From Haloactinopolyspora alba (GTDB taxonomy: Bacteria > Actinomycetota > Actinomycetes > Jiangellales > Jiangellaceae): DNA of 64,000 nucleotides. Positions 9,948-19,189 of this stretch are shown here, piece after piece. Where the stretch lies: contig NZ_PYGE01000003.1 of assembly GCF_003014555.1 (NCBI RefSeq), positions 194,206 through 258,205 on the forward strand, written 5' to 3'. Below the pieces are notes generated by a model. That model did not search any database. It was not told the DNA's origin and was given only the letters and a program-made list of their open reading frames with translations. Positions within the stretch are counted from its first letter, which is position 1. Every line of letters begins with the position of its first letter. The position numbers and the translations under genes were made by a program.

Positions 9948-11579
9948 TCAGCTCGCGACCGGCTCCACACCGTTGGCACCCTGACGCAGCAGTCCGTAAC
10001 TGACCGCGTCGACCAGCGCCTCCCACGACGCCTCGATGACGTTCGCGCCGACGCCCACCGTCTCCCACGACGTGACGCCGTCGGTCATCTCGACCAGCAC
10101 CCGCGTCGTGGCGTCGGTCCCGTGTGCGGCGTCCAGGATGCGCACCCGGAAGTCGATCAGCTCCAGCTTGGAGATCTCCGGGTAGAGCGCCCCGATGGCC
10201 GTACGCAGCGCGTGGTCGAGCGCGTTCACCGGCCCGTTGCCCTCGCCCGTGACGACGGCGCGCTCACCGCCGGCTCGTAGTTTGACGGTGGCCTCGCTGA
10301 CCGCGTCACCGCCGGGCCGCGACTCGGTGATGACCCGCCACGACTCCACGTCGAAGAACGTGACCGGACTGCCGTCCAGCTCGGCGCGGAGCAGCAGCTC
10401 GAACGAGGCGTCGGCGGCCTCGAACGTGTAGCCCGCCGCCTCACGCTCCTTGACCCGCTGGGTCAGCCGCGTCACCAGCTCCCGGTCGCCCGAGACGTCG
10501 TAGCCCAGCTCACGGCTCTTGAGCTCCACGCTGGCGCGCCCGGCCATGTCCGAGACCAGCAGCCGCATGTCGTTGCCGACCAGTGCCGGGTCCGTGTGCT
10601 GGTAGAGGTCCGGGTCGACCTTGATGGCGCTGGCGTGCAGTCCCGCCTTGTGCGCGAACGCACTGGCGCCGACGTAGGGCTGGCGGGAGTACGGCACGAT
10701 GTTCGTGACCTCGGAGACGGCGTGCGCGATCCGGGTGGACTCGGGCAACGCCTCGTCCGGCACCACCCGGCGGCCGCGCTTGAGCTGCAGGTTCGCGATC
10801 ACGGTGATGAGGTCGGCGTTGCCGGTGCGCTCGCCGGTGCCGTTGACGGTACCCTGCACGTGGGTCGCTCCGGCGTCGACGGCGGCCAGCGAGTTCGCCA
10901 CCGCGCATCCGGTGTCGTTGTGGGCGTGCATGCCCAGCCGGACGCCGTCGGCGGCGGCCACGGCCTCGACCACGGAGCGGACGTCGTCCGGCAGCATCCC
11001 GCCGTTGGTGTCGCACAGCACGACGACCTCGGCTCCGGCCTGCGCCGCGGCACGGACGGCCCCGACGGCGTACTCCGGGTTCAACCGGTGCCCGTCGAAG
11101 AAGTGCTCGGCGTCGACGAACACCCGGCGCCCCTCGCCGACCAGGAACGACACGGTGTCGCCGATCATCGCCAGGTTCTCGTCGAGCGTGGTCCGCAGCG
11201 CACGCTCCACGTGACCCGCGTGGCTCTTGGCCACCAGCGTGACGACGGGCGTCTCGGCGTCGAGCAGGGCGCGCACCTGCTCGTCGTCGACGGCCCTGAC
11301 CCCGGCCCGGCGGGTGGAGCCGAACGCCGCCAGCGTCGCGCTGCTGAGATCGAGCTCGGTGCGGGCACGCCGGAAGAACTCGGTGTCCTTCGGCACGGCA
11401 CCGGGCCAGCCCCCTTCGATGAACCCCACGCCGAGCTCGTCCAAGTGGCCCGCGATCGCGAGCTTGTCGTGCACGGACAGCGACAGCCCCTCCTGCTGGG
11501 CGCCGTCGCGCAGCGTCGTGTCGTAGACGTGGAACCGCTCCGGGTTCACGGTACTTGCTGGGTCACCTGCGCTGGTCAC
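9948..11579 (-). CDS. cimA: (R)-citramalate synthase (LeuA-family, CimA type)
   Basis: FHVYDTTLRDGAQ..HAHNDTGCAVAN..LeuA-dimer C-terminal domain; 543 aa is the CimA/LeuA2 length, not the 640-aa LeuA; GTG start with a GAGGA ribosome-binding site. Confidence 0.8.
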   Translation of the reverse strand: MTSAGDPASTVNPERFHVYDTTLRDGAQQEGLSLSVHDKLAIAGHLDELGVGFIEGGWPGAVPKDTEFFRRARTELDLSSATLAAFGSTRRAGVRAVDDEQVRALLDAETPVVTLVAKSHAGHVERALRTTLDENLAMIGDTVSFLVGEGRRVFVDAEHFFDGHRLNPEYAVGAVRAAAQAGAEVVVLCDTNGGMLPDDVRSVVEAVAAADGVRLGMHAHNDTGCAVANSLAAVDAGATHVQGTVNGTGERTGNADLITVIANLQLKRGRRVVPDEALPESTRIAHAVSEVTNIVPYSRQPYVGASAFAHKAGLHASAIKVDPDLYQHTDPALVGNDMRLLVSDMAGRASVELKSRELGYDVSGDRELVTRLTQRVKEREAAGYTFEAADASFELLLRAELDGSPVTFFDVESWRVITESRPGGDAVSEATVKLRAGGERAVVTGEGNGPVNALDHALRTAIGALYPEISKLELIDFRVRILDAAHGTDATTRVLVEMTDGVTSWETVGVGANVIEASWEALVDAVSYGLLRQGANGVEPVAS

Positions 11580-11611
11580 GATCGATCCTCACTGTCGTGG
11601 TGGGGGTCCGG

Positions 11612-11652
11612 GGGCAACAAACAAAAAACCCTTCGCACGATGCGAAGGGTCT
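11612..11652 (-). terminator. Rho-independent terminator / attenuator hairpin upstream of cimA
   Basis: On the minus strand, CCCTTCGCA-tcg-TGCGAAGGG is followed by TTTTTTGTTTGTT, and it ends about 30 nt upstream of the cimA GTG. Confidence 0.6.
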
Positions 11653-11684
11653 GCGCGCCTGGCGTGGTGCTGGTGCCGGCGCGC

Positions 11685-11711
11685 TCACATAATGATGGCG
11701 AACAGAGTCAT
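11685..11711 (-). CDS. Candidate 8-aa leader peptide MTLFAIIM (Ile codons) preceding the cimA terminator
   Basis: Minus strand ATG ACT CTG TTC GCC ATC ATT ATG TGA lies immediately 5' of a GCGCGCC..GGCGCGC hairpin and the terminator. Confidence 0.35.
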   Translation of the reverse strand: MTLFAIIM

Positions 11712-11811
11712 TGCTACGCAGTATGCCACACGAACCGGGCCCTTGTGGGTACGGACGCCCAATCGTGTCCGGGAACGACCGACAGCGACCGCCTCCCGGA
11801 CGCCGGCTCCT

Positions 11812-11995
11812 GTGTCACCTGATCATCTCCACCATGCGGACACACGATGATCAGGTGACACGCCGCGGCGTCCGAACGGCCAAGTGTCACCTGATCATCT
11901 TCGGTCCCACAGACGCGAAAACGATCAGGTGACACCAGCGCCGTCTCCGTCGCCGATCCGTCACCTGATCACACTCGAGAGAACGATCAGGTGAC
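11812..11995. repeat. Tandem array of three hairpin units GTGTCACCTGATCATC-loop-GATGATCAGGTGACAC
   Basis: Units lie at 11812-11861, 11884-11935 and 11960-11995, each with an 11-16 bp inverted repeat around a TGATCA core and a 13-23 nt unique loop. Confidence 0.8.
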
Positions 11996-12025
11996 CGCAA
12001 CATCGGGCTGAGCCGCGGCCGGGCG

Positions 12026-13120
12026 TCAGACGACGCGGTGCATCCAGCCGTGTGCGTCGGCGGCGCGGCCGTACTGGACGTCGAGCAGCGCCTGGCGGAT
12101 CTCCTGGGTGACCGGGCCCGGCTCGTCGCCGGTGGACACCTCGCCGCCGTCCCAGACCAGCCGGCCCAGCGGGGTGACGACCGCGGCCGTGCCGCAGGCG
12201 AAGACCTCGGTGATGTCGCCGGACTCGACGCCGTCGCGCCACTCGTCGATCGAGATGCGCCGCTCCTCGACCTTGTAGCCGCGGTCGCCGGCCAGCGTGA
12301 TGATCGAGTCGCGGGTGACGCCCTCGAGGATCGTCCCGGTGAGCTCCGGCGTGACGATCGAGCCGTCGGCGCGCACGAAGTACAGGTTCATGCCGCCGAG
12401 CTCCTCGACCCAGCGGCCCTCCACCGCGTCCAGGAAGCACACCTGCCCGCAGCCGTGCTCGATGGCCTCCTGCTGCGCGACCAGGCTCGCCGCGTAGTTG
12501 CCGGCGCACTTCGCCGCGCCGGTCCCGCCGGGCGCCGCCCGCGTGTACTCCGACGACAGCCAGATGTCGACCGGCTTGACGCCGGAGGAGAAGTACGGCC
12601 CGGCGGGCGACGCGACGACGCAGAAGGTGACGTGCTGGGCCGGGCGCACCCCGAGGAAGACCTCGGAGGCGAACATGAACGGCCGCACGTACAGGCTGGC
12701 CTCGCCGCCGGACGGCACCCACTCGGCGTCGGTACGCACCAGCAGGTCGACCGCCTCGACGAAGGACTCGGCCGGCAGCGACGGCAGCGCCATGCGTGCC
12801 GTGCTCTTCAGCATGCGGGAGCCGTTCGCCTCGGGACGGAACGCCCAGACCGAGCCGTCGTCGTGCCGGTAGGCCTTGAGCCCTTCGAACACGGACTGTG
12901 CGTAGTGCAGCACCGCGGTGGCGGGGTCGAGCGACAGCGGCGCGTACGGGCGCAGGCCGGCGTCGTGCCAGCCTTCGGGCGTCCACGTCGCGGTGATCAT
13001 GTGGTCGGTGAACGTCGACCCGAAGCCCGGGTCGGCGAGGATCTGCGCACGTCGCTGCGCCGGTACCGGCGTCGACGAGTACGTCGTCGAGAATTCCAGT
13101 GCCGGTGTGGTCGCAGTCAT
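12026..13120 (-). CDS. ilvE: Branched-chain amino acid aminotransferase
   Basis: Class IV aminotransferase motifs (..FEGLKAYR.., ..EVFACGTAAVVTP..); the start MTATTPALE has an AAGGGGA ribosome-binding site. Confidence 0.9.
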   Translation of the reverse strand: MTATTPALEFSTTYSSTPVPAQRRAQILADPGFGSTFTDHMITATWTPEGWHDAGLRPYAPLSLDPATAVLHYAQSVFEGLKAYRHDDGSVWAFRPEANGSRMLKSTARMALPSLPAESFVEAVDLLVRTDAEWVPSGGEASLYVRPFMFASEVFLGVRPAQHVTFCVVASPAGPYFSSGVKPVDIWLSSEYTRAAPGGTGAAKCAGNYAASLVAQQEAIEHGCGQVCFLDAVEGRWVEELGGMNLYFVRADGSIVTPELTGTILEGVTRDSIITLAGDRGYKVEERRISIDEWRDGVESGDITEVFACGTAAVVTPLGRLVWDGGEVSTGDEPGPVTQEIRQALLDVQYGRAADAHGWMHRVV

Positions 13121-13185
13121 GGCGTGCGGTCCCCTTGTCGGAAAGTCGTGGTAGCCGGGTTGATAGTTGGACGTCCTACCGAACG

Positions 13186-13992
13186 CTACCGATCGTCGCA
13201 GTCGGCGTAAACGGTGCGTGGCCAACGACCCTCGGCGATCAGCACCTCGCGCAGCACGTCCGGCCGGTCGGTGATGATCCCGTCGACGCCTGCGCTGATC
13301 AGCCGGTGCATCGAATCCGGGTCGTCGACCGTCCATACGATGAGGCGAAGTCCCAGGTCATGGGCGCCTTCGACCAGACGGTCGATGAATACCGGAAGCC
13401 TACCCCACCGCATCGGGACGTGCACGAACGCCCCCGGCGGCAGCGCCCGCGGCGGGCCGATCCGTGCGTGCGACCGCATCAGCCACGAGGTCAGCGACCG
13501 CCAGCCCAGCGCCCACGACAGCTGCGGGCCGAGCTCGTCCCGCAGCCGTGCCAGCCAGCCGTCCCAGGCTCCGGCCACACAGACCCGGTCGACGGCCCGG
13601 GTGCGGCGCAGAACCTCGGTGAGCGGGCCGATGGCAGCCTCGTCCTTGACGTCGATGACGAAGCAGGCGTCCGGCCAGGTCGTCAGCACCTCGTCCAGGC
13701 GCGCGACCCGGTGCGCCGTTCCGCCGACGGTCAGCGCGCCGACCTCGTCCCAGGAACGGCGGCGCACCTGCCCGCGCCCATCGGTCACCCGGCCCAGCGT
13801 CGCGTCATGGAAGGCCAGGCAGACGCCGTCGGCGGTGACACGGACGTCGGTCTCCAGGTAGCGCAGGCCGAGCGCGTACGAGCGCTCGAACGCCGCGAGG
13901 GTGTTCTCGGGTGCGAGGCCGGCGCCGCCGCGATGGGCGATCGCCAGCAGGTCGGGTCCGGTGCCGTAGCGAGCCGCGCGCACGAGCACCAC
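13186..13992 (-). CDS. Glycerophosphodiester phosphodiesterase (GDPD family)
   Basis: The N-terminus reads AHRGG..APENTLAAF..LETDVRVTADGVCLAFHD, the GDPD catalytic signature. Confidence 0.8.
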   Translation of the reverse strand: MVLVRAARYGTGPDLLAIAHRGGAGLAPENTLAAFERSYALGLRYLETDVRVTADGVCLAFHDATLGRVTDGRGQVRRRSWDEVGALTVGGTAHRVARLDEVLTTWPDACFVIDVKDEAAIGPLTEVLRRTRAVDRVCVAGAWDGWLARLRDELGPQLSWALGWRSLTSWLMRSHARIGPPRALPPGAFVHVPMRWGRLPVFIDRLVEGAHDLGLRLIVWTVDDPDSMHRLISAGVDGIITDRPDVLREVLIAEGRWPRTVYADCDDR

Positions 13993-14085
13993 GGTGCCAG
14001 GGCGAGCGGCCGAGATCGACGGCCCGAGCGGCTCACTCGGCAGGCTTCACGCAGGGTTCATCGCCGCAGCAACTGCGCGCCATCT

Positions 14086-14141
14086 CCGATGATCATCGGC
14101 ACTTTGCCGCCAGGAGAGCCGGAAAGTGCCGATGATCATGG
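14086..14141. repeat. Nested-palindrome repeat element copy 1 (family A, about 56 bp)
   Basis: CCGATGATCATCGGCACTTTGCCGCC-aggagagccgg-AAAGTGCCGATGATCATGG; the leuB TGA stop lies inside the right arm. Confidence 0.8.
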
Positions 14142-15179
14142 AGTGACGCGGGCGGCCAGTGCGTCGCCGACCTCGCTCGTCGACCGCGGCGCCGAACCGC
14201 GCGCGCCCAGGTCGGCACCGACGGCCTCGAGCACCCGCTCGGAACGCTCCGGCAGGCCCAGGTGGTCCAGCAGCAGGGCCACCGACACCGCGGTGGCGGT
14301 GGGGTCGGCCACGCCCTGCCCGGCGATGTCCGGCGCCGAGCCGTGCACCGGCTCGAACATCGACGGCGCGGACCGGTCCGGGTTGACGTTCCCGCTGGCC
14401 GCGAGACCGATGCCGCCGGTGATCGCCGCCGCGAGGTCGGTGATGATGTCGCCGAACAGGTTGTCGGTCACGATGACGTCGAACCGGGCCGGGTCGGTGA
14501 CGAGGAAGATCGTCGCCGCGTCCACGTGCAGGTAGTCGACGGCGACGTCCGGGTACTCCTGTGCCACCCGCTCGACGGTGCGCCGCCACAGGTGCCCCGC
14601 GTGCACCAGCACGTTGTGCTTGTGCACGTAGGTGAGCTTGCGGCGCGGGCGCGCCTGGGCGCGGGCGAACGCGTCGCGGACCACGCGCTCGACGCCGAAC
14701 GCCGTGTTCACGCTGACCTCGTTCGCGACCTCGTGCGGGGTGTCGACCCGCAGCGCTCCCCCGTTGCCGACGTACGGGCCCTCGGTCCCCTCGCGGACGA
14801 CGACGAAGTCCACCTCGCCCGGTTCGCTCAGTGGCGACGAGACGCCGGGGAACAGCCGCGACGGCCGCAGGTTGACGTAATGGTCCAGCTCGAATCGCAG
14901 CCGCAGCAGCAGACCGCGCTCCAGCACACCGCTGGGTACGCCCGGATCGCCGACCGCACCCAGTACGATCGCGTCGTGCTCGCGGAGCTCGACCAGCGTG
15001 GAGTCCGGGAGCGTCTCGCCGGTGTCGTGCCAGCGCCGGGCGCCGAGGTCGTACGTGGTCGTGTCGACCTTGACGTCGGTGCCGTCCAGTGCGGCGTCCA
15101 GCACTTTCAGGCCTTCGGTGACGACCTCGGGGCCGATGCCGTCACCGGGAATCACTGCCAGGTTGATGCTGCGCGACAT
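14136..15179 (-). CDS. leuB: 3-isopropylmalate dehydrogenase
   Basis: The N-terminus reads [19 protein letters not shown], and there are IDH/IMDH motifs; the ORF is open 23 codons further upstream, but the conserved N-terminus starts at the M at 15179. Confidence 0.9.
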   Translation of the reverse strand: MSRSINLAVIPGDGIGPEVVTEGLKVLDAALDGTDVKVDTTTYDLGARRWHDTGETLPDSTLVELREHDAIVLGAVGDPGVPSGVLERGLLLRLRFELDHYVNLRPSRLFPGVSSPLSEPGEVDFVVVREGTEGPYVGNGGALRVDTPHEVANEVSVNTAFGVERVVRDAFARAQARPRRKLTYVHKHNVLVHAGHLWRRTVERVAQEYPDVAVDYLHVDAATIFLVTDPARFDVIVTDNLFGDIITDLAAAITGGIGLAASGNVNPDRSAPSMFEPVHGSAPDIAGQGVADPTATAVSVALLLDHLGLPERSERVLEAVGADLGARGSAPRSTSEVGDALAARVTP

Positions 15180-15320
15180 GCGCACACGGTACGACCGACG
15201 TCCACCATACGGCTGCTGCGTCCCGCGATACGGACACGACGGCGCCACCCGGCGTGATCGTCAGGGATCCGCTACGGCCAGGGCGACAGCGGACCCCTGA
15301 TGATCACCGGAAGCCGCGCG

Positions 15321-15419
15321 TCAGCGGGAGGTCTCGCCGCCGTTGTCGCGGCGATCCATCGCCTCCTGCACCGCGTTCTGCGTGGGCTGCTCGCCGTGGT
15401 GCTTCTTTTCGTCCTTCAT
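15321..15419 (-). CDS. Possible 32-aa small protein MKDEKKHHGEQPTQNAVQEAMDRRDNGGETSR
   Basis: An unlisted short ORF, hydrophilic and charged, with a weak ribosome-binding site. Confidence 0.2.
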   Translation of the reverse strand: MKDEKKHHGEQPTQNAVQEAMDRRDNGGETSR

Positions 15420-15849
15420 GATCAACTCGTGCTCTGCGTATCGCTACGCTGTCGGATCTCGACGAGCAGCGGCATGCTCGGCCGTGCGCGGGATCACCGC
15501 GTGGTCGAACCCTGCCCTGCCGCGGCCGGCACGTCCGGTCTCGTGGACGAGGTGTGCGATCGCGGCCGACGGCGACCGGGTCGCGGACCGTCGGGTTGCC
15601 ACTCGTGCGAAAGTGCAACGGTGCGGTCGGCGGACATGCCGGACTCCGCGACGAGGTGCCGACCTTAGCGGGCCCCGTCGCGGCAGCGAAGAATTCGTAC
15701 CGTCCACGACATGATGCGGGCCACGCTAGCGCAACCACGTCAGCAGTGTCTCGCCTTTTGGCTCTTTGTCTCACCAATCAAGAAGCGATCAGCAGCGCCA
15801 CGACTCCCGCCTCACCCAGACCGGTCGACACCGCGTCGCAACCGTGAAA

Positions 15850-15890
15850 CGTCCGTGGGCCCGGCGCCGAATGCGCCGGGCCCACGGACG
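15850..15890 (-). terminator. Perfect 18-bp stem hairpin downstream of serA
   Basis: CGTCCGTGGGCCCGGCGC-cgaat-GCGCCGGGCCCACGGACG lies 20 nt after the serA stop, followed by TTTCAC on the minus strand. Confidence 0.55.
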
Positions 15891-15911
15891 TTCGGTGGTT
15901 CGCGGGACCGA

Positions 15912-17501
15912 TCAGTCCTCGAGGTCGACCGTGCGGCCCCACTCGGCGCCGATGGCCGCGACGACGTCGTCGAGCACCTGGCCCGGCAGCGCCTGGTCGA
16001 CGGTCATGGCCACCAGCGCGTGTCCGCCCTTGGTGTCCCGGCTGACCTGCATGCCGGCGATGTTCACGTCCGCCTCGCCGAGCACCCGGCCGACGGCGCC
16101 GACCGCGCCCGGACGGTCGTTGTACCGGAAGAACGCCATGTGCTCGGACGGGAACGCCTCGAGGTCGTAGCCGAGCACCTCGACGATCTTCTCCACCTGC
16201 TTGACGCCCGACAGGGTGCCCGACACCGACACCGAACGGCCGTCGGCCAGCACACCGCGCACGGTCACCAGGTTGCGGTAGTCCGGCGAGTCCTCGTGGG
16301 TCACCAGCCGCACCTCGACGCCGCGGTCACCGGCGATCACCGGGGCGTTGACGTAGGACACCGGGTCCTCGACGACCTCGGCGAACACGCCCTTCAGCGC
16401 GGCCAGCTCGAGGATCTTCACGTCGTGCGCGGTGATCTCGCCGCGTACCTCGACGTCCAGCTGCGTGGCGACGCCACCGGCCAGGGCGGTGAAGATCCGG
16501 CCCAGCTTCTCCGCCAGCGGGATGCCCGGGCGGACCTCCTCGGCGATGGCGCCGCCCTTGACGTTCACCGCGTCCGGCACCAGCTCGCCGGCGAGCGCCA
16601 GCCGGACCGACTTGGCCACCGAGATGCCCGCCTTCTCCTGCGCCTCGGCCGTCGACGCACCGAGGTGCGGCGTGACCACGACGGACTCGAAGTCGAACAG
16701 CGGCGACTCGGTGCACGGCTCGGAAGCGAACACGTCGATGCCGGCGCCGGCGACGCGGCCCTCCTTCAGGGCCACCGCGAGCGCGTGCTCGTCGACGATG
16801 CCGCCGCGGGCGGCGTTGATGACCCGCACCGACGGCTTGACCTTGCGCAGCGCCTGGTCACCGATGAGGCCGACGGTCTCCGGCGTCTTGGGCAGGTGGA
16901 CGGTGATGAAGTCGCTCTCGGCCAGCAGCTCGTCCAGGGACACGCTGCGCACACCGAGCTGCGCGGCGCGCGCGGCCGGCACGAACGGGTCGTAGGCGAT
17001 GACGTCCATGCCGAACGCCGCGAGCCGCTGCGCGACCAGCACGCCGATGCGGCCGAGGCCCACGACGCCGACCGTCTTCTCGAACAGCTCCTCGCCGGCG
17101 TACTTGCTGCGCTTCCACTCCCCGTCCTTGAGGGCCTGGTTGGCCGGGGCGATGTTGCGGGCCGTCGCCAGCAGCAGGCCGATGGCCAGCTCCGCGGCGC
17201 TGGTGATGTTGGAGGTCGGCGCGTTGACGACCATGACGCCGGCCTGGGTGGCGGCCTTGACGTCGACGTTGTCGAGGCCGACGCCGGCGCGCGCGATGAC
17301 CTTGAGGTTCTTCGCTGCCTCGATGGCCTCGGCGTCGACCTTGGTGGCGCTACGGACCAGGATGGCGTCGACGTCGGCGATGGCCGGCAGCAGCGCGTCC
17401 CGGTCGGCGCCGTCGACCGAGCGGATCTCGAAGTCCGGGCCGAGCGCGTCGACCGTGGCGGGCGACAGCTGTTCAGCGATGAGTACGACGGGTTTGCTCA
17501 C
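15912..17501 (-). CDS. serA: D-3-phosphoglycerate dehydrogenase (long form with ASB and ACT domains)
   Basis: The N-terminus reads VSKPVVLIAEQLS (GTG start, GGAGG ribosome-binding site); GxGxxG NAD site (GLGRIGV), catalytic H, C-terminal ACT domain; about 530 aa. Confidence 0.9.
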   Translation of the reverse strand: MSKPVVLIAEQLSPATVDALGPDFEIRSVDGADRDALLPAIADVDAILVRSATKVDAEAIEAAKNLKVIARAGVGLDNVDVKAATQAGVMVVNAPTSNITSAAELAIGLLLATARNIAPANQALKDGEWKRSKYAGEELFEKTVGVVGLGRIGVLVAQRLAAFGMDVIAYDPFVPAARAAQLGVRSVSLDELLAESDFITVHLPKTPETVGLIGDQALRKVKPSVRVINAARGGIVDEHALAVALKEGRVAGAGIDVFASEPCTESPLFDFESVVVTPHLGASTAEAQEKAGISVAKSVRLALAGELVPDAVNVKGGAIAEEVRPGIPLAEKLGRIFTALAGGVATQLDVEVRGEITAHDVKILELAALKGVFAEVVEDPVSYVNAPVIAGDRGVEVRLVTHEDSPDYRNLVTVRGVLADGRSVSVSGTLSGVKQVEKIVEVLGYDLEAFPSEHMAFFRYNDRPGAVGAVGRVLGEADVNIAGMQVSRDTKGGHALVAMTVDQALPGQVLDDVVAAIGAEWGRTVDLED

Positions 17502-17622
17502 GTGGAATCCAACCTCCGGCAGGTGTCGTGCGAGCGTTCCTGCGAGCGCGACACTGGGCCCGGCGGTCGGCATTGAGTGTAACGCCCATGTGAACCGGTC
17601 CGCATCCTCGCACCCGGTGCCG

Positions 17623-18303
17623 TCACGCCGCACCGGCCGCATCCGGCCAGGATTCCCCTCGCCAGGACGCGTCCCAGAACATCCACTCGAAGCGCACCGC
17701 GCGTGCGTACGCGTCGTGCATCGCCGCGTGCGCACCCGGGTCGGCGTCGAGGTGCTCGTCGGCCAACGTCTCGGCACGGCGGGTGTCCTCGGCGAAGGCC
17801 GGGTCGCCGTACATGCTCAACCAGGCCGCGTACGGATGCTCCGGCTGCTCGGCGAGCACACCCGCGAGCTGCTGTCCGACCTCGTTGTAGATCCGGAAGC
17901 ACGGCAGCAGCCCGGCCAGCGACACCGCCACCGGCGCCAGCGAGGCGTCGGACTGCAGCGTGTTCACGTAGGCGAGGCAGGTCGGCGTCGGCTCGGCGGC
18001 CAGGTCGTCGACGTCCCGGCCCGCGTCGTCGAGCAGCGTCTTGTGCAGCTCGCGCTCTGCCTCGACGGCCCCGGCCGCGAACCGGGCGATGACCGCGGAG
18101 CCGGCCGGGTCCGGCCAGCGTGCCGCGGTGGTGGCCAGCGCCCGCGAGTAGCGGGACAGGTAGTGCGCGTCGTCGACGATGTAGCGCAGGAAGATCCCGC
18201 GGTCGAGCGTCCCCGCACCCAGCTCGCGGACGAACGGGTGCGCCAGGATGGCGTCGTACCACGGCGCGGCGCGTTCCCACGCCTCGGCGGAGAAGGTCAT
18301 CGA
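17623..18303 (-). CDS. tenA: TenA/thiaminase II family (aminopyrimidine aminohydrolase)
   Basis: TenA_C-like helices (..WYDAILAHPFVRELGAGTL..); sits directly downstream of thiD. Confidence 0.7.
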   Translation of the reverse strand, partial: SMTFSAEAWERAAPWYDAILAHPFVRELGAGTLDRGIFLRYIVDDAHYLSRYSRALATTAARWPDPAGSAVIARFAAGAVEAERELHKTLLDDAGRDVDDLAAEPTPTCLAYVNTLQSDASLAPVAVSLAGLLPCFRIYNEVGQQLAGVLAEQPEHPYAAWLSMYGDPAFAEDTRRAETLADEHLDADPGAHAAMHDAYARAVRFEWMFWDASWRGESWPDAAGAA

Positions 18304-19118
18304 CCCTCCTCGACGCCGGCCAGCTTCCACCACGCGTGGAAGTGGTGCACCGGACCGTGCCCGGAGCCGACGTCCAGCAGGTCGGCGGCGCGCAGGGCTT
18401 CGGTGACGTACGTCTTCGCGCCGTCGACCGCCTCGCGCAGCGGCCGGCCCTCGGCCAGCCCAGCCGCGATGGCCGACGAGAACGTGCATCCTGTGCCGTG
18501 CGTGTTGCGGGTGTCGACGCGGGCGATCCGCAGCTCGATGGCGCCGTCGTCGTCGACGAGCACGTCCACGGCGTCCGGGCCGTCGTCGTGCCCGCCCTTC
18601 ACGACCACCGCGGGTCCGTGCTTGTGCAGCGCCGCGGCCGCGCCCGGCGCGTGCTCGGCGTCGACGTTAGGAAGCCCCAGCAGCACCCCCGCCTCCGCGA
18701 GGTTCGGCGTCAGGACGGTCGCGAGCGGAACGAGCTCGTCCCGGATCACCTCGGCGGTCTCGTCGGAGATCAGCTGATCCCCCGACGTCGCCACCATGAC
18801 CGGGTCGACGACGAGGTTGGTCACGTCGTGGCGCACGACCGCCTCGGCCACGGCGCGGACCACGTCCGGACCTCCGAGCATGCCGGTCTTGACCGCCCGG
18901 ACGTCGAGGTCGTCGAACAGCGCGTCGAGCTGTTCGGTCACGAACGACGCCGGCACGGGGTGCACCCCCGTGACGCCGCGCGTGTTCTGCGCTGTCAGCG
19001 CGGTGATCACGGCGCCGCCGTACACGCCGAGCGCGGAGAACGTCTTGAGGTCGGCCTGGATCCCGGCTCCACCGGACGGGTCCGACCCGGCCACCGAGAT
19101 GACCGCTGGTGTCGGCAT
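18297..19118 (-). CDS. thiD: Hydroxymethylpyrimidine/phosphomethylpyrimidine kinase
   Basis: The N-terminus reads [23 protein letters not shown], and the GTGC motif is present; ribokinase-like fold. Confidence 0.85.
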   Translation of the reverse strand: MPTPAVISVAGSDPSGGAGIQADLKTFSALGVYGGAVITALTAQNTRGVTGVHPVPASFVTEQLDALFDDLDVRAVKTGMLGGPDVVRAVAEAVVRHDVTNLVVDPVMVATSGDQLISDETAEVIRDELVPLATVLTPNLAEAGVLLGLPNVDAEHAPGAAAALHKHGPAVVVKGGHDDGPDAVDVLVDDDGAIELRIARVDTRNTHGTGCTFSSAIAAGLAEGRPLREAVDGAKTYVTEALRAADLLDVGSGHGPVHHFHAWWKLAGVEEGR

Positions 19119-19189
19119 GGGTGTCACAAGCTCCTCTCCAACCGGGAGGGAGCAGTCACCGGTCCCGGACGTGATGGACGCTCGGCCCA

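Noticed and set aside
11812-11995. A possible CRISPR array (three repeats with variable intervening sequence).
   Set aside because: The repeats alternate orientation: each unit is an inverted-repeat hairpin, not a direct repeat. Spacing is irregular, there are only three units, and no cas genes are nearby.
15291-15313. A fourth, partial copy of the family A repeat (CTGATGATCACCGG).
   Set aside because: Only 11 of 13 positions match one palindromic core and no second arm is present, which is too degenerate to call.
15711-17576. A 621-aa plus-strand ORF.
   Set aside because: It is antisense to serA, Arg/Gly/Asp-rich and low-complexity, a typical high-GC artefact. The same applies to 26779..29454 (891 aa, antisense to the ABC exporters), 39393..40533, 48299..50185, 50946..53366 and 59162..60685.
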